From an uncultured Planctomycetia bacterium (GTDB lineage: Bacteria; Planctomycetota; Planctomycetia; Pirellulales; Pirellulaceae): a DNA stretch of 64,000 nucleotides. The stretch lies in contig CAVQQG010000001.1 of assembly GCA_963714965.1 (NCBI GenBank), forward strand, positions 1,480,653 through 1,544,652, written 5' to 3'. The position numbers were made by a program, and so were the translations under genes. Positions 1 through 10,037 of this stretch are shown piece after piece. Below the pieces are notes generated by a model. It was not told the origin of the DNA, searched no databases, and was given only the letters and a program-made list of their open reading frames with translations. Numbering within the stretch: the stretch's first letter is position 1; every line of letters starts with the position of its first letter.

Positions 1-11
1 CCGGTGGATTC

Positions 12-347
12 ATGTCGCCGATCGGGGAAGATGAATTTGTGGCCGACCTGGCAATCGACATCGGTTACCCGTTGCTGATCGTGGTACCCAATGTGCTGGG
101 ATGCATCAACTACACCATGCAAACCCTGATTGCGGCCGCCTGTTACCGCCAGGGAACTTCGGTCGCCGGTATTGTCATCACTTATCCGGAAGGGTTTGGA
201 GGGGATGTCAGCACGACCACCAACATAGAGGAAATCGCCAAACGCAGCGTGGCCCCGGTACTGGCCAGCGTCCCGTTTGGCGCTGACACGTTCGATCGCG
301 ACGTGGACTGGTTCGCCCTGGCCAGCACCCGGGGCCAGCTGGTATGA
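12..347 (+). CDS. bioD: dethiobiotin synthase-like ATPase (BioD family), C-terminal fragment truncated at the window edge
   Basis: Translation resembles the BioD C-terminal region (VVPNVLGCINYTMQTLIAA). The ORF runs off the 5' window edge. Its stop overlaps the next start (ATGA). Confidence 0.5.
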   Translation: MSPIGEDEFVADLAIDIGYPLLIVVPNVLGCINYTMQTLIAAACYRQGTSVAGIVITYPEGFGGDVSTTTNIEEIAKRSVAPVLASVPFGADTFDRDVDWFALASTRGQLV

Positions 348-877
348 GCTTTATCCGGTATGTCGCCTCCTCGGAAATTCCGGACGCCGACCGAGTCGAT
401 GACAACGACCGTATTATTCAGGTCCACGGCGTGCACAGCCGTTGTATGAAAATGCACCACCAGCTGTATGCCGAATTGATGCGCGGCCCTGGCCCCCTGA
501 CCCTGGTGCAACGCGAAATGGTGGCCACGGTCGTCTCGTCGATCAATCGTTGTCACTACTGAGTGATTCATCACGGGCGCGGTCTGCGCCGGCAACTGGT
601 CCAATCCGGAATGGATCCGGAGGCGGCCAACCAGCTGGCCGGACAACTGACCCGGGACGGGACGGCGGCGGCGCTGGCCGAAATGGACCGCGCCCTGCTG
701 GACTATGCAACACGGTTGACCCGCCAGCCGTGGTCCGTCACGAACGATCACGTCGAGGATTTGCGGCGGGCGGGACTGGACGATCGGGCCATCCATGATC
801 TGTGCGCGATTGTGGCCTACTATGCCTTTGCCAACCGGATTGCCAACGGACTGGGGATCGATGTTGAGACGGCATGA
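344..877 (+). CDS. AhpD-like peroxidase-related protein (carboxymuconolactone decarboxylase family) with an in-frame TGA at 560-562, candidate selenocysteine
   Basis: ORFs 344..562 and 563..877 are in the same frame, separated only by TGA. Joined they read VSSINRCHY-U-VIHHGRG, matching the family motif VSxxNgChYC..H with TGA at the second Cys. A hairpin with a GGUCU loop lies 14 nt downstream. Confidence 0.65.
576..590 (+). promoter_or_regulatory. candidate bacterial SECIS hairpin (5-bp GC stem, GGUCU apical loop) 14 nt after UGA-560
   Basis: ggcgc-ggucu-gcgcc seen directly in the sequence. The loop resembles the GGUC apical loop of the E. coli fdhF SECIS. Confidence 0.35.
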
Positions 878-985
878 GCGCGTTGCACATCCGTATCGCG
901 TCGTTTCGTCCCAAAACGCCGCGGGACACCATGGCAGCACGCCATCCGGGCGACTCGCAATTGCCCTCCGGCTTCCGCCCGGCCC

Positions 986-1870
986 TTACCGGGCAGCCCC
1001 TTCGTCAGCGTCGCTGGAGGCCCGCGGAACCAACCGGTAGGCAACGTACAAACGCACCTCGCCCAACTCCTGACGGAGCCACAGGGGCGAGATATCGTAG
1101 CGCTCCAGCCGGCCGGCAATGAGCGGATGGGTCTTTAGCAAATAATCGAGGGCCGCCGGATGGCAGCCGGGACTGATTCCGCCCCGGGCGTCGGCCCGCT
1201 GCAACAGTTCTGCCAGTTCGGTCGGCGCCTGCGCGAGCTCCGGAACGACGCGGGAGGTCGTTATCCCGGTTACCAAAATGGCCTCTCCTCCCGGAACCGT
1301 CAGATCCAGCATCAATTCCACATGTCGGACGGTCAACCACTCAAAAATTGCGGTCCGCCGCGGATGTTCGGCCCCCAGCGAACGGTCGGCATGGCGGAGC
1401 AACTCCGGCAACAGGTCCGCCGACAAGACCACCTCGCAGGGCGCCAGCCCCGCCAACGCCAGCTCGCCGGCCGCCTGTTCAGCCCGTTTCAGCAGTTTGT
1501 CGTCCGGTTGGACCGCATACTGCTCCAGCAGGTCGCGAACCCCCGTAATATCGCAACCACCGAAGCGGCGAATGCGGGCGCTGGAAAGCATTTTTTGCGC
1601 ATCGACACCCCGGCTCAGCCGGTCGGATTCCAGATCCACCAGGTGGACTTCGTGATGCCGGGCCAGCAGGGTTTCGAGGTTCAAATCGTGACACTCGCCG
1701 GCCCCCAGGACACACACCATCCCCCGTCGCCCGGCGGCCGAATCGCCGGGCAGCAATTGCAAGATCATTTTGCGGTGCGTGACGGCCAGCTCCCAGGGCG
1801 AACTGGAATTTCGTCCCACCAGCGTTTGATGCCGCAGTTGCCCGAGATATTCGTATTTGGATTCCGTCAT
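986..1870 (-). CDS. hypothetical Rossmann-fold protein (possible methyltransferase or dehydrogenase-like)
   Basis: Long ORF with a VCVLGAGECHDL glycine-rich motif. The start could be ATG 1870 or TTG 1915. Confidence 0.45.
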   Translation of the reverse strand: MTESKYEYLGQLRHQTLVGRNSSSPWELAVTHRKMILQLLPGDSAAGRRGMVCVLGAGECHDLNLETLLARHHEVHLVDLESDRLSRGVDAQKMLSSARIRRFGGCDITGVRDLLEQYAVQPDDKLLKRAEQAAGELALAGLAPCEVVLSADLLPELLRHADRSLGAEHPRRTAIFEWLTVRHVELMLDLTVPGGEAILVTGITTSRVVPELAQAPTELAELLQRADARGGISPGCHPAALDYLLKTHPLIAGRLERYDISPLWLRQELGEVRLYVAYRLVPRASSDADEGAAR

Positions 1871-1939
1871 TGGTGTTTTGAAGCTGGCCGTTTCGCGGGG
1901 GGTGCCGTTGTCCAATGCCCCTGCCCCAGGCTGGATATT

Positions 1940-3103
1940 CTAGCGGTCGCGTGTTGGGGTGTCCCCGACCCCGGCGGTGGCGCCGCCCCGCGCCACGATC
2001 AGCAGAACCGCGCCCAGGGTCAGGGCGGCCGCAAATCGGCCAGCCCGGTATGTCGAACCACCAACCAGTTCGTCAATCCACCGCCAGGCGCCAATCTGGA
2101 TCAGTGTCGCCAGGCCCAAAAGGCCCACAGGCGGAACGGTCCGGATCCACCGGCAGGGCGGCCCGCAACGCAACGCCATGCTTGCCAGTCCGCCCATCAG
2201 AACCACCGTGGCCAGGGCTTGCCAGCCCAAAAACAAACCGGTGCTCATCAACCCGGCCCGCAAATAGCCGGGCGGGGGCAGCCGGGACGGCCCCTTGCCA
2301 AACTGCTCCAGAAATTCACCCAGCAGAAAACCGGCCGTCAGCCCCGCGAACCCGGAATCAAACCGGTTCAGCCAGGCCAGCCCCGGCAGCCATGACTCAC
2401 TGCCCTCCATCCATTTGACGGGCTGCAGCCCGGGCAGGATCGCAGGTCCGGCAAATCCCACCAGCACGGCAAACACCATTGTCTGTTGCGGGAGCCGGCT
2501 GCCGTCGCGTTGCATCAGCGCCCAGGCCAGCAACAACGTGACCAGCGTCATATGAAAGGCATAGATGGCGATAACATCCCAGTGGGCGGTCATCACGACT
2601 GGCAATATCCCGGCCGGGTCATGGAGGGCGCCACCAGGCAAGTTGCCGCCGGCCGACATCACTTCCGCCAGAAACACCAGCAGAAAAACCACTCCAAAGA
2701 TTGCCTCGATGATCGGGTAACGGGGCGAAATGGGCAGCCGGCAAACCCGGCACCGTCCGCCCAGTTTCAACCAGCCGATAATCGGAACGTTGTCTGCCAG
2801 CCGAATTTTGGCCGTGCAATGGGGACAGGCCGAACCGTTCGTAATGACCGAAACGCCTCGCGGCATCCGCCACACAACCACATTGATGAAGCTGCCCACC
2901 ATGCTGCCAAAGGCAAAAAACCAGAGGGCAATCAGGATTTCCAGGATCCGTGAACGCGACCATTCCAGACGCAGGGACGCTTGCGGACTGACCGGAATGA
3001 TCGACTCGACCAGCGGCAAGACTCCCATAAACAGCACGATCGCCAGCAACGCGCAGAGCAATCCGCTTTTCCAGAGCTTCCAGCGGCGGCGGCGTCGGGA
3101 CAT
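1940..3103 (-). CDS. prepilin peptidase (A24 family, PilD-like)
   Basis: N-terminal zinc-binding tetracysteine motif (CPHC...GRCRVCR), IPIIGWL, then polytopic membrane domains. Confidence 0.7.
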   Translation of the reverse strand: MSRRRRRWKLWKSGLLCALLAIVLFMGVLPLVESIIPVSPQASLRLEWSRSRILEILIALWFFAFGSMVGSFINVVVWRMPRGVSVITNGSACPHCTAKIRLADNVPIIGWLKLGGRCRVCRLPISPRYPIIEAIFGVVFLLVFLAEVMSAGGNLPGGALHDPAGILPVVMTAHWDVIAIYAFHMTLVTLLLAWALMQRDGSRLPQQTMVFAVLVGFAGPAILPGLQPVKWMEGSESWLPGLAWLNRFDSGFAGLTAGFLLGEFLEQFGKGPSRLPPPGYLRAGLMSTGLFLGWQALATVVLMGGLASMALRCGPPCRWIRTVPPVGLLGLATLIQIGAWRWIDELVGGSTYRAGRFAAALTLGAVLLIVARGGATAGVGDTPTRDR

Positions 3104-3303
3104 GCGGTTGGATCGGGCAAGCGGCGGAACAAATGGCAGCCGAAAAAGCGGTCCGGCGATTGTCGCAAAAACGGGGTGCACTGAAAACGCCGCGGCCGGA
3201 TCCCGGCGCTGCCACGGTCCCACAGACCTGCTTGCGGGCCGGGTTTCGGGGGGTCAAACTGGCGGAAGCCCGGTAATGCCCTGCCCGTCCCGATTCAGGA
3301 AAC

Positions 3304-4545
3304 TTGCTCTGCATGATCCCGTCCGATCCATCGACCTCCGCGTTCACGCAACATTCCGCCATCCGTGTTTGGCAACTGGCGCTGGTACTTGTCGGGTACC
3401 ACAGCGTGGCGGCGACCGATCCGGGGGCCTGGCAGGCAACCGACGGCCCCCCTCAATCCGGACTCAGTCGGGAGGCGGCGACCGAGACCCGTCAGCGGCT
3501 GTGGCAGGATTGGCAAGCGCGGATTCGCGCCGATCACGAATTGGAATGGAACACCAAAAAAATCACCCTGGACCAGCTGGAAATGAAGTTTGAAACGCGG
3601 ACTTTCGGCCAACCTGCCGCAACCGGTCGGCGGCTGTTTATTTCCATGCACGGCGGGGGCGGCGCACCGGCCCGCATTAATGAACAACAATGGCGCAACC
3701 AGATTGGTTTGTACGAGCCTGAGGAAGGCCTGTATCTGGCGCCGCGGGCACCGACGGATCACTGGAATTTGTGGCACGAGCCGCACATCGACCGGTTTTT
3801 CCAGAGGATCATCGGGGACGCGGTCGTGTTCGAACAGGTGGATGCCAACCGCGTCTATTTGTTGGGATATTCGGCGGGCGGTGACGGTGTTTATCAACTG
3901 GCGCCGCGGATGGCGGATCGCTGGGCCGCGGCGGCCATGATGGCGGGTCATCCCAACGACGCCTCCCCCCTGGGATTGCGGAATATCGGGTTTACGCTGC
4001 ACATGGGAGGGGACGATGGCGCCTACGGCCGTAACGAAGTGGCTGCCCGGTGGAAAACCCGTCTGGCCGAACTGCAAGCGGCGGACCCCGATGGCTATCA
4101 ACACTCCGTTACCCTTCACAAGGGACTGGGGCACTGGATGGAGCACCGCGATGACGTGGCCCTGCCCTGGATGGCCGCGTTCCGGCGCGATCCCCGTCCG
4201 CGGCGCGTGGTCTGGCACCAGTCGCCAGTCACGCACGGCCAGTTTTACTGGCTGGCGGTTGATCCCGAAAATGAAATCGCCGGCTCCACAGTGATTGTCG
4301 CGCGGCAGGGGCAAACGATTTCGATTGAACAGGCTGACAAAATTCGGCGACTTACCGTGCTGCTGGACGACGATCTGGTGGATCTGGACCGCCCGGTTAC
4401 TGTTTGCCAGGGGGATCAAGTCCTGTTTCAGGGGATGATTCCTCGCAGTGCCGCAATGCTGCAGGAAACCCTGGAACAACGGGGCGACCGTTATTACATG
4501 TTTCCAGCCAGCGTCACGGTCGATTTGGAAAACGCCGATGACTAA
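3304..4545 (+). CDS. alpha/beta-hydrolase family esterase (carboxylesterase / PHB-depolymerase-like), secreted
   Basis: GYSAGG nucleophile elbow, HGGGG oxyanion region, N-terminal signal-like segment. Confidence 0.7.
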   Translation: MLCMIPSDPSTSAFTQHSAIRVWQLALVLVGYHSVAATDPGAWQATDGPPQSGLSREAATETRQRLWQDWQARIRADHELEWNTKKITLDQLEMKFETRTFGQPAATGRRLFISMHGGGGAPARINEQQWRNQIGLYEPEEGLYLAPRAPTDHWNLWHEPHIDRFFQRIIGDAVVFEQVDANRVYLLGYSAGGDGVYQLAPRMADRWAAAAMMAGHPNDASPLGLRNIGFTLHMGGDDGAYGRNEVAARWKTRLAELQAADPDGYQHSVTLHKGLGHWMEHRDDVALPWMAAFRRDPRPRRVVWHQSPVTHGQFYWLAVDPENEIAGSTVIVARQGQTISIEQADKIRRLTVLLDDDLVDLDRPVTVCQGDQVLFQGMIPRSAAMLQETLEQRGDRYYMFPASVTVDLENADD

Positions 4546-4593
4546 AATGGAAATGTTGTTTCGATTTTTCAGGTTGGGCCAGGCGACACCGGG

Positions 4594-6468
4594 ATGGACC
4601 ACGGAATTCCGCAAAGAACGATTCCCGGGGCTCCCGTCCGGCCGGGCCTGGGAATCAGCCTGGTGGTGCTGACGATTGCCGCCCTGGCCGGGCGGCTCGC
4701 GGCTCAGGATCCGTCGGATTTTGACGACCGGCTGGCAGCGGCTCGCGGCGCCTGGCATGAACAACTGGAATTGCTGGCCAACCAGTGTGAGCAGCAGGCC
4801 ATGGCGGCCGAAGCCGGCCAGGTGCGTCAAGCGATTATTGCCCGCGACCCCTCCCGGCAATACATTTTTCTGCCCCCCGACCATGCGCCACCCCTGCCTC
4901 CCGGGGCCACCGAATCGCAGGCCGCCTGGCACCAGCAGTTTTTGGAACTGGGTCGGGCGCACGCTGCGCGGCTGGTGGACCTGGCAAGAATCGCAGCGGC
5001 CGAATCCCGGGGAGCGGCGGCGTATCAGTTGTTGCACGAGGCCCTGGCGGCCAACCCCGACGAACCGGAACTGCGTCGCATGCTCGGTTACCGCCGGGAC
5101 CCGCAAAACCGCTGGGTCAAAACCGCCCGGCCGGTGCGGATCAGTCCGGGACGAACTCGACAAAAAATCATCGGTTGGGACAAGGAAAGCTATCAAATCA
5201 TTCAATCACCCCACTTCACCGTTTATTCCAGCGACGACGAGGCGGGCGTGCAGCTGGCCCAACAACTGGAGCGAACGTGGAACGTGTGGCGGCAGGTTTA
5301 TTTTGATCACTGGTGCAGCGTCCGTCAGTTGCAATCCTGGCTGAACGGCAAGGGTTCCGATGCGTCGGGCAGCCGGCGACACGATGTGATCCTGTTTCGC
5401 GATCGCTCCCAGTATCTGGCCGACCTGGGGGAGGTCGAGGGCGTGGAATTGTCGGCCGGCTACTACAACGAAAATCGTCGCGCCAGTTTTTTTTACAACG
5501 ATACACCGGTCCCCCTGAGCACCTGGCGACACGAAATCGTGCACCAGCTGTTGCAGGAAACCGTCAGTGGCCAGCGTTCGGTGGCGGAACTGGGCCATGC
5601 CTGGCTGGTCGAGGGAATCGCCATGTATTTTGAATCCCTTCGTGACCATGGCAATTATGTGACGCTGGGCGGATTTGATGCGACACGGTTGCAAACGGCC
5701 CGCTTGCGTTTCACCCGCGAAGGTTTCTTTGTCCCCCTCGAGGAACTGGATTCGCTGGGCCGCATCGAGTTTCAGCAAAGTCCCGATATCCATGCGCTAT
5801 ACTCCCAGTCCGCCGGGCTTTGCCAATTCCTGTTGGTGGCCGACAACGCCCGATATCGCGACCCGCTGATTGCCTTCATCGGGGATTTTTACCAGGGACG
5901 GGCCGGCCAGAACGGTCTGGCGTCGGCCATCGGACCGCTGGATCAAATCGATCGGCAATACCGGCAGTTTTTGAAAGTGGACCCCAACCAGGTGCGACAA
6001 ATTCGGCCGGCTGGCCAGACCGGACTGGCACTGGCCCAATCCGGAATACGCGGCGAGGACCTGGCAGGGCTGGACCAGTGTCAGTCGCTGGAATGGTTGC
6101 AGCTGTCGGGAAATCCCCTGGACGACGACGGGCTCAAACACCTGGTATCCCTGCCCCGATTGACGCAACTGATGATCGATCTGACGGCCATTACCGACGC
6201 GGGCCTGGAAACCGTCGCCACTCTCAAATCGCTGGAGGAGCTGGACGTGGCCCACACGCGAATCAGCGACGCCGGACTGGCAGCGATTACCCGATTGCCG
6301 GCCCTGGAGGTGTTATGGCTGAGCGGGACGGCCGTCACCGACGCAGGACTGCAGCACCTGGAATCGCTTTCCAACTTGCAATATCTGGATTTGCGACAAA
6401 CTGGCGTTACCGGGGAGGGGATTGCCCGGCTGCGTGAAAAACTGCCGGACCTGGAGATCGCCCGGTAG
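4594..6468 (+). CDS. DUF1570-like secreted protein with an HExxH motif and C-terminal leucine-rich repeats
   Basis: Signal peptide, HEIVHQLL motif, C-terminal LRR-like repeats (LxxLxLxxTxITDAGL). Confidence 0.7.
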   Translation: MDHGIPQRTIPGAPVRPGLGISLVVLTIAALAGRLAAQDPSDFDDRLAAARGAWHEQLELLANQCEQQAMAAEAGQVRQAIIARDPSRQYIFLPPDHAPPLPPGATESQAAWHQQFLELGRAHAARLVDLARIAAAESRGAAAYQLLHEALAANPDEPELRRMLGYRRDPQNRWVKTARPVRISPGRTRQKIIGWDKESYQIIQSPHFTVYSSDDEAGVQLAQQLERTWNVWRQVYFDHWCSVRQLQSWLNGKGSDASGSRRHDVILFRDRSQYLADLGEVEGVELSAGYYNENRRASFFYNDTPVPLSTWRHEIVHQLLQETVSGQRSVAELGHAWLVEGIAMYFESLRDHGNYVTLGGFDATRLQTARLRFTREGFFVPLEELDSLGRIEFQQSPDIHALYSQSAGLCQFLLVADNARYRDPLIAFIGDFYQGRAGQNGLASAIGPLDQIDRQYRQFLKVDPNQVRQIRPAGQTGLALAQSGIRGEDLAGLDQCQSLEWLQLSGNPLDDDGLKHLVSLPRLTQLMIDLTAITDAGLETVATLKSLEELDVAHTRISDAGLAAITRLPALEVLWLSGTAVTDAGLQHLESLSNLQYLDLRQTGVTGEGIARLREKLPDLEIAR

Positions 6469-6567
6469 ATCCAGGACCACTCGGCTCGGCCGCCCGCGGT
6501 GGGGCCGTCAGACGCCGGAGCGGATCCAGTCCCCGGCGCGAGGCACCACCCTGAACGTACCCCTGCC

Positions 6568-8049
6568 TCAGGGTTCCGGGCGGTACTGCTGAATGTACTG
6601 CTTCACCTTGACCTTGCGGGCCGTATTTTCGCTGGTCATGTAGCGAATCTTGCCGTAGATTGGCCGTTCCGGACCCCAGGCCCGATCGTAGCGGCCCAGC
6701 ACCCAGAAAATTCCGCTGTAGGAATTGGGATTGCGGCCGTCCAGGGCGTAGCGATTGTTCAGTTCAATCAAAAATTCGGCGGCTTGTTCCGGCGAGCGGG
6801 TCCATTCCAAAACCTTCTTGCCCCACAACATTCGCAGATAGTTGTGAATTCTGCCTTCCCGCACCAGCTGGTTTTGTGCCGCGTTCCACAACGGGTCATG
6901 GGTTTCGGCAGCGGCGAATTGTTGCAGCGAATAAGTGTAGGGCCGCGGATCCCCGGCGTGATCGTGCAATGTATCGCGGGCCCATTGCGGCAACGATTCA
7001 AACCGATCGTAATCATCTCGCAACGCGCACATGTTGTATCCCAGCTCGCGCCAGGTAATCAGCTCGTCCAGGAACGACTCCACTTCCGGCGCGGCTCCCC
7101 ACCATCCACGGGAACTGCCGCTGGCTTTCTCTGCGATTTTTTCCACCGACCACGGCTTGTAGCTGGACACCGCGTCAAATACCTGATGCGCCGAGATGTG
7201 ACCAAAGTGCAGCCAGGGTGACAGTCCACTGGAGACGTCCTGCTCTGGCTGGTTGCGGTCTTCGGCATAACGGCCCAGCCGGTTCGCCGTCACGAATTTG
7301 CGCAATCGCGTGCTGGCTGCCCGGGCCCCTCCCCGAATCGACGAAATGCCGACCTCGTGATCGATCGGGAACTGGTCAACGGAACCGAGGTCCGCTGCCA
7401 GCTCGTCCAGCCTGGCCAGCGGCCAGCGGCTGGTAACGGACGGTGGCAGGTCCGGCAGTTCGGGCAGTCGCAATCGACGCAACGGATCCCGGCGAGGCAT
7501 TTCGCTCAGCCAGGGAGTTATGTTCTTTTGCAAGTAGCGACGGAAGTCGACGGCCCGCAAAAACACGCGATCCGTGGCCCGCATCGGCATAATTCCGTTG
7601 GAATCAACCAGTTCCAAAGACACCGGAATCTGGCGGCTGGCGGACTCGATCATCCGCGGCAAAAAGAAACAGGGGAAATCGTCGCTGACCACCACGCAGG
7701 CCCGCTCGGCCAGCGCCGCCAGCAACCCCTTGCCTGCGCCTGCCGCCGGTTCCAGATACGGATAGTAACTGACCGTTTTTCCCGACAAATCCGCGGCATT
7801 GTCAATCATGCCCTGAATCACAAAGGCGTGAAGACGGTCACTGGCCCAGCGATATCCGGTACGCAGACCCTCCAGAATCAACAGCGGCCGATTCAGCTGC
7901 CGGGACCATTCGATGGCCCGGTCGAGGCTGTAATTCCAGCGCGTGCGGCGGTTGGCAATCATCCAGTACAGAACAAATTCGCCGTCACTTCGCACAGACC
8001 CCTGCCCCATTTGGCGAATTCGGGCCTGGGGTACCGGGGACGCTGGCAT
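6568..8049 (-). CDS. phr: deoxyribodipyrimidine photolyase, class II CPD photolyase
   Basis: FVLYWM N-terminal signature and conservation along the full length of class II photolyases. Confidence 0.85.
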   Translation of the reverse strand: MPASPVPQARIRQMGQGSVRSDGEFVLYWMIANRRTRWNYSLDRAIEWSRQLNRPLLILEGLRTGYRWASDRLHAFVIQGMIDNAADLSGKTVSYYPYLEPAAGAGKGLLAALAERACVVVSDDFPCFFLPRMIESASRQIPVSLELVDSNGIMPMRATDRVFLRAVDFRRYLQKNITPWLSEMPRRDPLRRLRLPELPDLPPSVTSRWPLARLDELAADLGSVDQFPIDHEVGISSIRGGARAASTRLRKFVTANRLGRYAEDRNQPEQDVSSGLSPWLHFGHISAHQVFDAVSSYKPWSVEKIAEKASGSSRGWWGAAPEVESFLDELITWRELGYNMCALRDDYDRFESLPQWARDTLHDHAGDPRPYTYSLQQFAAAETHDPLWNAAQNQLVREGRIHNYLRMLWGKKVLEWTRSPEQAAEFLIELNNRYALDGRNPNSYSGIFWVLGRYDRAWGPERPIYGKIRYMTSENTARKVKVKQYIQQYRPEP

Positions 8050-8088
8050 TTGATGGTGTTGCGTGGAAATCAGGAAATGTCGCCAGCG

Positions 8089-9342
8089 TTATTTCAAGCG
8101 CCACGCCGAGATGGCATTCAGTTCGCGCACGAACAGCTGGTCGCCGCTGACGGCCAGGTGGGCCCACGTTTCCTGGTCGCTGACGCGAAATTGACTGAGC
8201 AGGTTAAAGCGATCCGGCGTTGCCTCAAACAACAACAATTCGCCGCGCTGGTCCAGCGCCAAAATACGGTCTCCGGCCAGGATCAGACTGGAATATTTGC
8301 CGAATGGCGGACTGGTCCATTTGACTTCGCCAGTGTCAAGATCCATGCAGCTGAAGCGCTGGTTTCCCTGATGCAGGTAAATATGGCCCTGGTAAAAAAC
8401 CGGTGACGACATGTAGGCCGCCCGGGGAGTTTCCCACACTTGCCGCACCGACCACTGGTCTCCCTGTTTGTCGACATCCAGTCGCCATGCCTTGTTGCGG
8501 TAGGAACTGGTAAAAATCGAGTTGCCCACCACGACGGGGGTCAGAATGTTCATGCCGCGAAACGCGGGAATTTCGATGGACCACAGCACGTTACCGCTGG
8601 CCGGGTCGACACCGGCCAGTGTCGTTCGGGTTTGCACGACCAGTTGGGGGACTCCGTGCAGCGTGGCAACCACCGGAGAAGAAAACGCACTGCCCAGCAT
8701 GCCGCCGCCGTCATCCAGCGATTTCCAGATTTCCCGACCGTCGTTCTTCTCGAGCTTGCGGAATGCGGCCCCGGCCTGGGCATAAACGGCTTCGTTCCAT
8801 ACCAGCGGCGAGGAGGCAAAACCAAAGTCCGGTTTGGGGGTTCCCATGTCACCCGGAAAATCAACGCGCCACAGCACCTTGCCATCGGTCGTGTCCAGAC
8901 AGACCAGCACATCCACCATCCCGCCGACATACAACCGGTTTCCATCCAGTACCGGAGTGGACCGAATCCAGCTGCCATTGGCATTGGCAAAAAAAGGAAC
9001 CTTCATGGCGCCGTTCCACTCCGCCTGCCAGAGTTGCTCGCCGGTTTCCCGATCCAGCGCTCGCACAACTTCCACTTTCTCGTCGCGGGTTTCGGTCACG
9101 TAAACCTTGCTCTCATCGACAACCGGACCCGAGTAACCGGGGCCCAGTTCGACCCGCCAAATTTGCTGCAGCGACTGGTCATCGAGTGCGTCGGGCCAGA
9201 CGCGCTCGGCGGCAATCCCGTCCCGGGCGGGCCCGCGCCACTGGTTCCATTGCAGAGGTTCGCTGGACTGACCGGCGAGGTCATGGAGAGGAATCAGGCC
9301 GGAAATCAGGCCAACCGCAGCGGCCCACCAAAATATTTTCAT
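8089..9342 (-). CDS. PQQ-like beta-propeller repeat protein (BamB-like fold), secreted
   Basis: Signal peptide plus repeated W-containing propeller blades. Confidence 0.75.
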   Translation of the reverse strand: MKIFWWAAAVGLISGLIPLHDLAGQSSEPLQWNQWRGPARDGIAAERVWPDALDDQSLQQIWRVELGPGYSGPVVDESKVYVTETRDEKVEVVRALDRETGEQLWQAEWNGAMKVPFFANANGSWIRSTPVLDGNRLYVGGMVDVLVCLDTTDGKVLWRVDFPGDMGTPKPDFGFASSPLVWNEAVYAQAGAAFRKLEKNDGREIWKSLDDGGGMLGSAFSSPVVATLHGVPQLVVQTRTTLAGVDPASGNVLWSIEIPAFRGMNILTPVVVGNSIFTSSYRNKAWRLDVDKQGDQWSVRQVWETPRAAYMSSPVFYQGHIYLHQGNQRFSCMDLDTGEVKWTSPPFGKYSSLILAGDRILALDQRGELLLFEATPDRFNLLSQFRVSDQETWAHLAVSGDQLFVRELNAISAWRLK

Positions 9343-9574
9343 CGTTCAAAATCCTGTGCAAAACGGTCCCTGATCAGGCAGAGTGTCGCCTGTCAACCGT
9401 AAATTGAACAGCCGTTTAACCGTTTGGGCCGGGATGCCCCGGGAGCCCCGTTTCTGGAGGGGCAGGCAACGGAAAACGCGGCAGTTTTCAGGGTTCCAAG
9501 CGGTTACCTGTCGCTTGCAAACGCGGTTGGCCGGGAGTCTCATATTCCCGGACCCTTTTCGGCCAGGCAGCAAG

Positions 9575-10006
9575 TTGAAATCTTATCCCGACCAGTTCGA
9601 GGTGTTTTACGATGGCGATTGCCCGTTGTGCCAGCGCGAAATCAACTGGCTGCGGCGGCGGGACCGGCAGCGGCGGATCGTATTTACGGATATTGCCGAC
9701 CCCGGGTTTGACCCGGAGTCGGTGGGAAAATCGTTCCAAACGCTGATGGACCAGATTCACGGCCGCACCCCGGATGGCCGCTGGATTACCGGCGTCGAAG
9801 TCTTTCGGCATCTGTATCATGCGGCCGGATTCGGCAAATTCGTGGCCGTAACCCGGTTGCCGGTGATTCGGCATATGCTTGATACTGGGTATCGCGTATT
9901 TGCCCGTCATCGGTTGCGGTTAACGGGTCGATGCCGCTCCGGGGTTTGCGGTGTCCAGCCGGCCGCCGACAGGATTTCACCCCATCCGGCATCCCGCCAG
10001 ACCTGA
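9575..10006 (+). CDS. thiol-disulfide oxidoreductase DCC family (DUF393)
   Basis: [14 protein letters not shown] motif. The start is uncertain; TTG 9575 is the nearest in-frame start before the domain. Confidence 0.55.
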   Translation: MKSYPDQFEVFYDGDCPLCQREINWLRRRDRQRRIVFTDIADPGFDPESVGKSFQTLMDQIHGRTPDGRWITGVEVFRHLYHAAGFGKFVAVTRLPVIRHMLDTGYRVFARHRLRLTGRCRSGVCGVQPAADRISPHPASRQT

Positions 10007-10037
10007 ACACCGGTCGCCATCATTCCGCCCCAGTGCC

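Noticed and set aside
344-877. Treating 344..562 and 563..877 as two separate small genes or as a nonsense pseudogene
   Set aside because: The second part starts with no RBS and begins immediately after the TGA in frame. The TGA falls exactly on the conserved second Cys of the family CxxC motif, so Sec recoding is the better explanation. A pseudogene cannot be fully excluded.
3295-5205. 636-aa ORF on the minus strand (similar long antisense ORFs at 1160..2395, 7357..8406, 24343..26661, 28439..29875, 42687..44168, 53809..55119, 35618..36364, 10182..10949)
   Set aside because: Each lies antisense to a well-supported conserved gene and has R/P/G-rich low-complexity translations. These are typical shadow ORFs of high-GC DNA.
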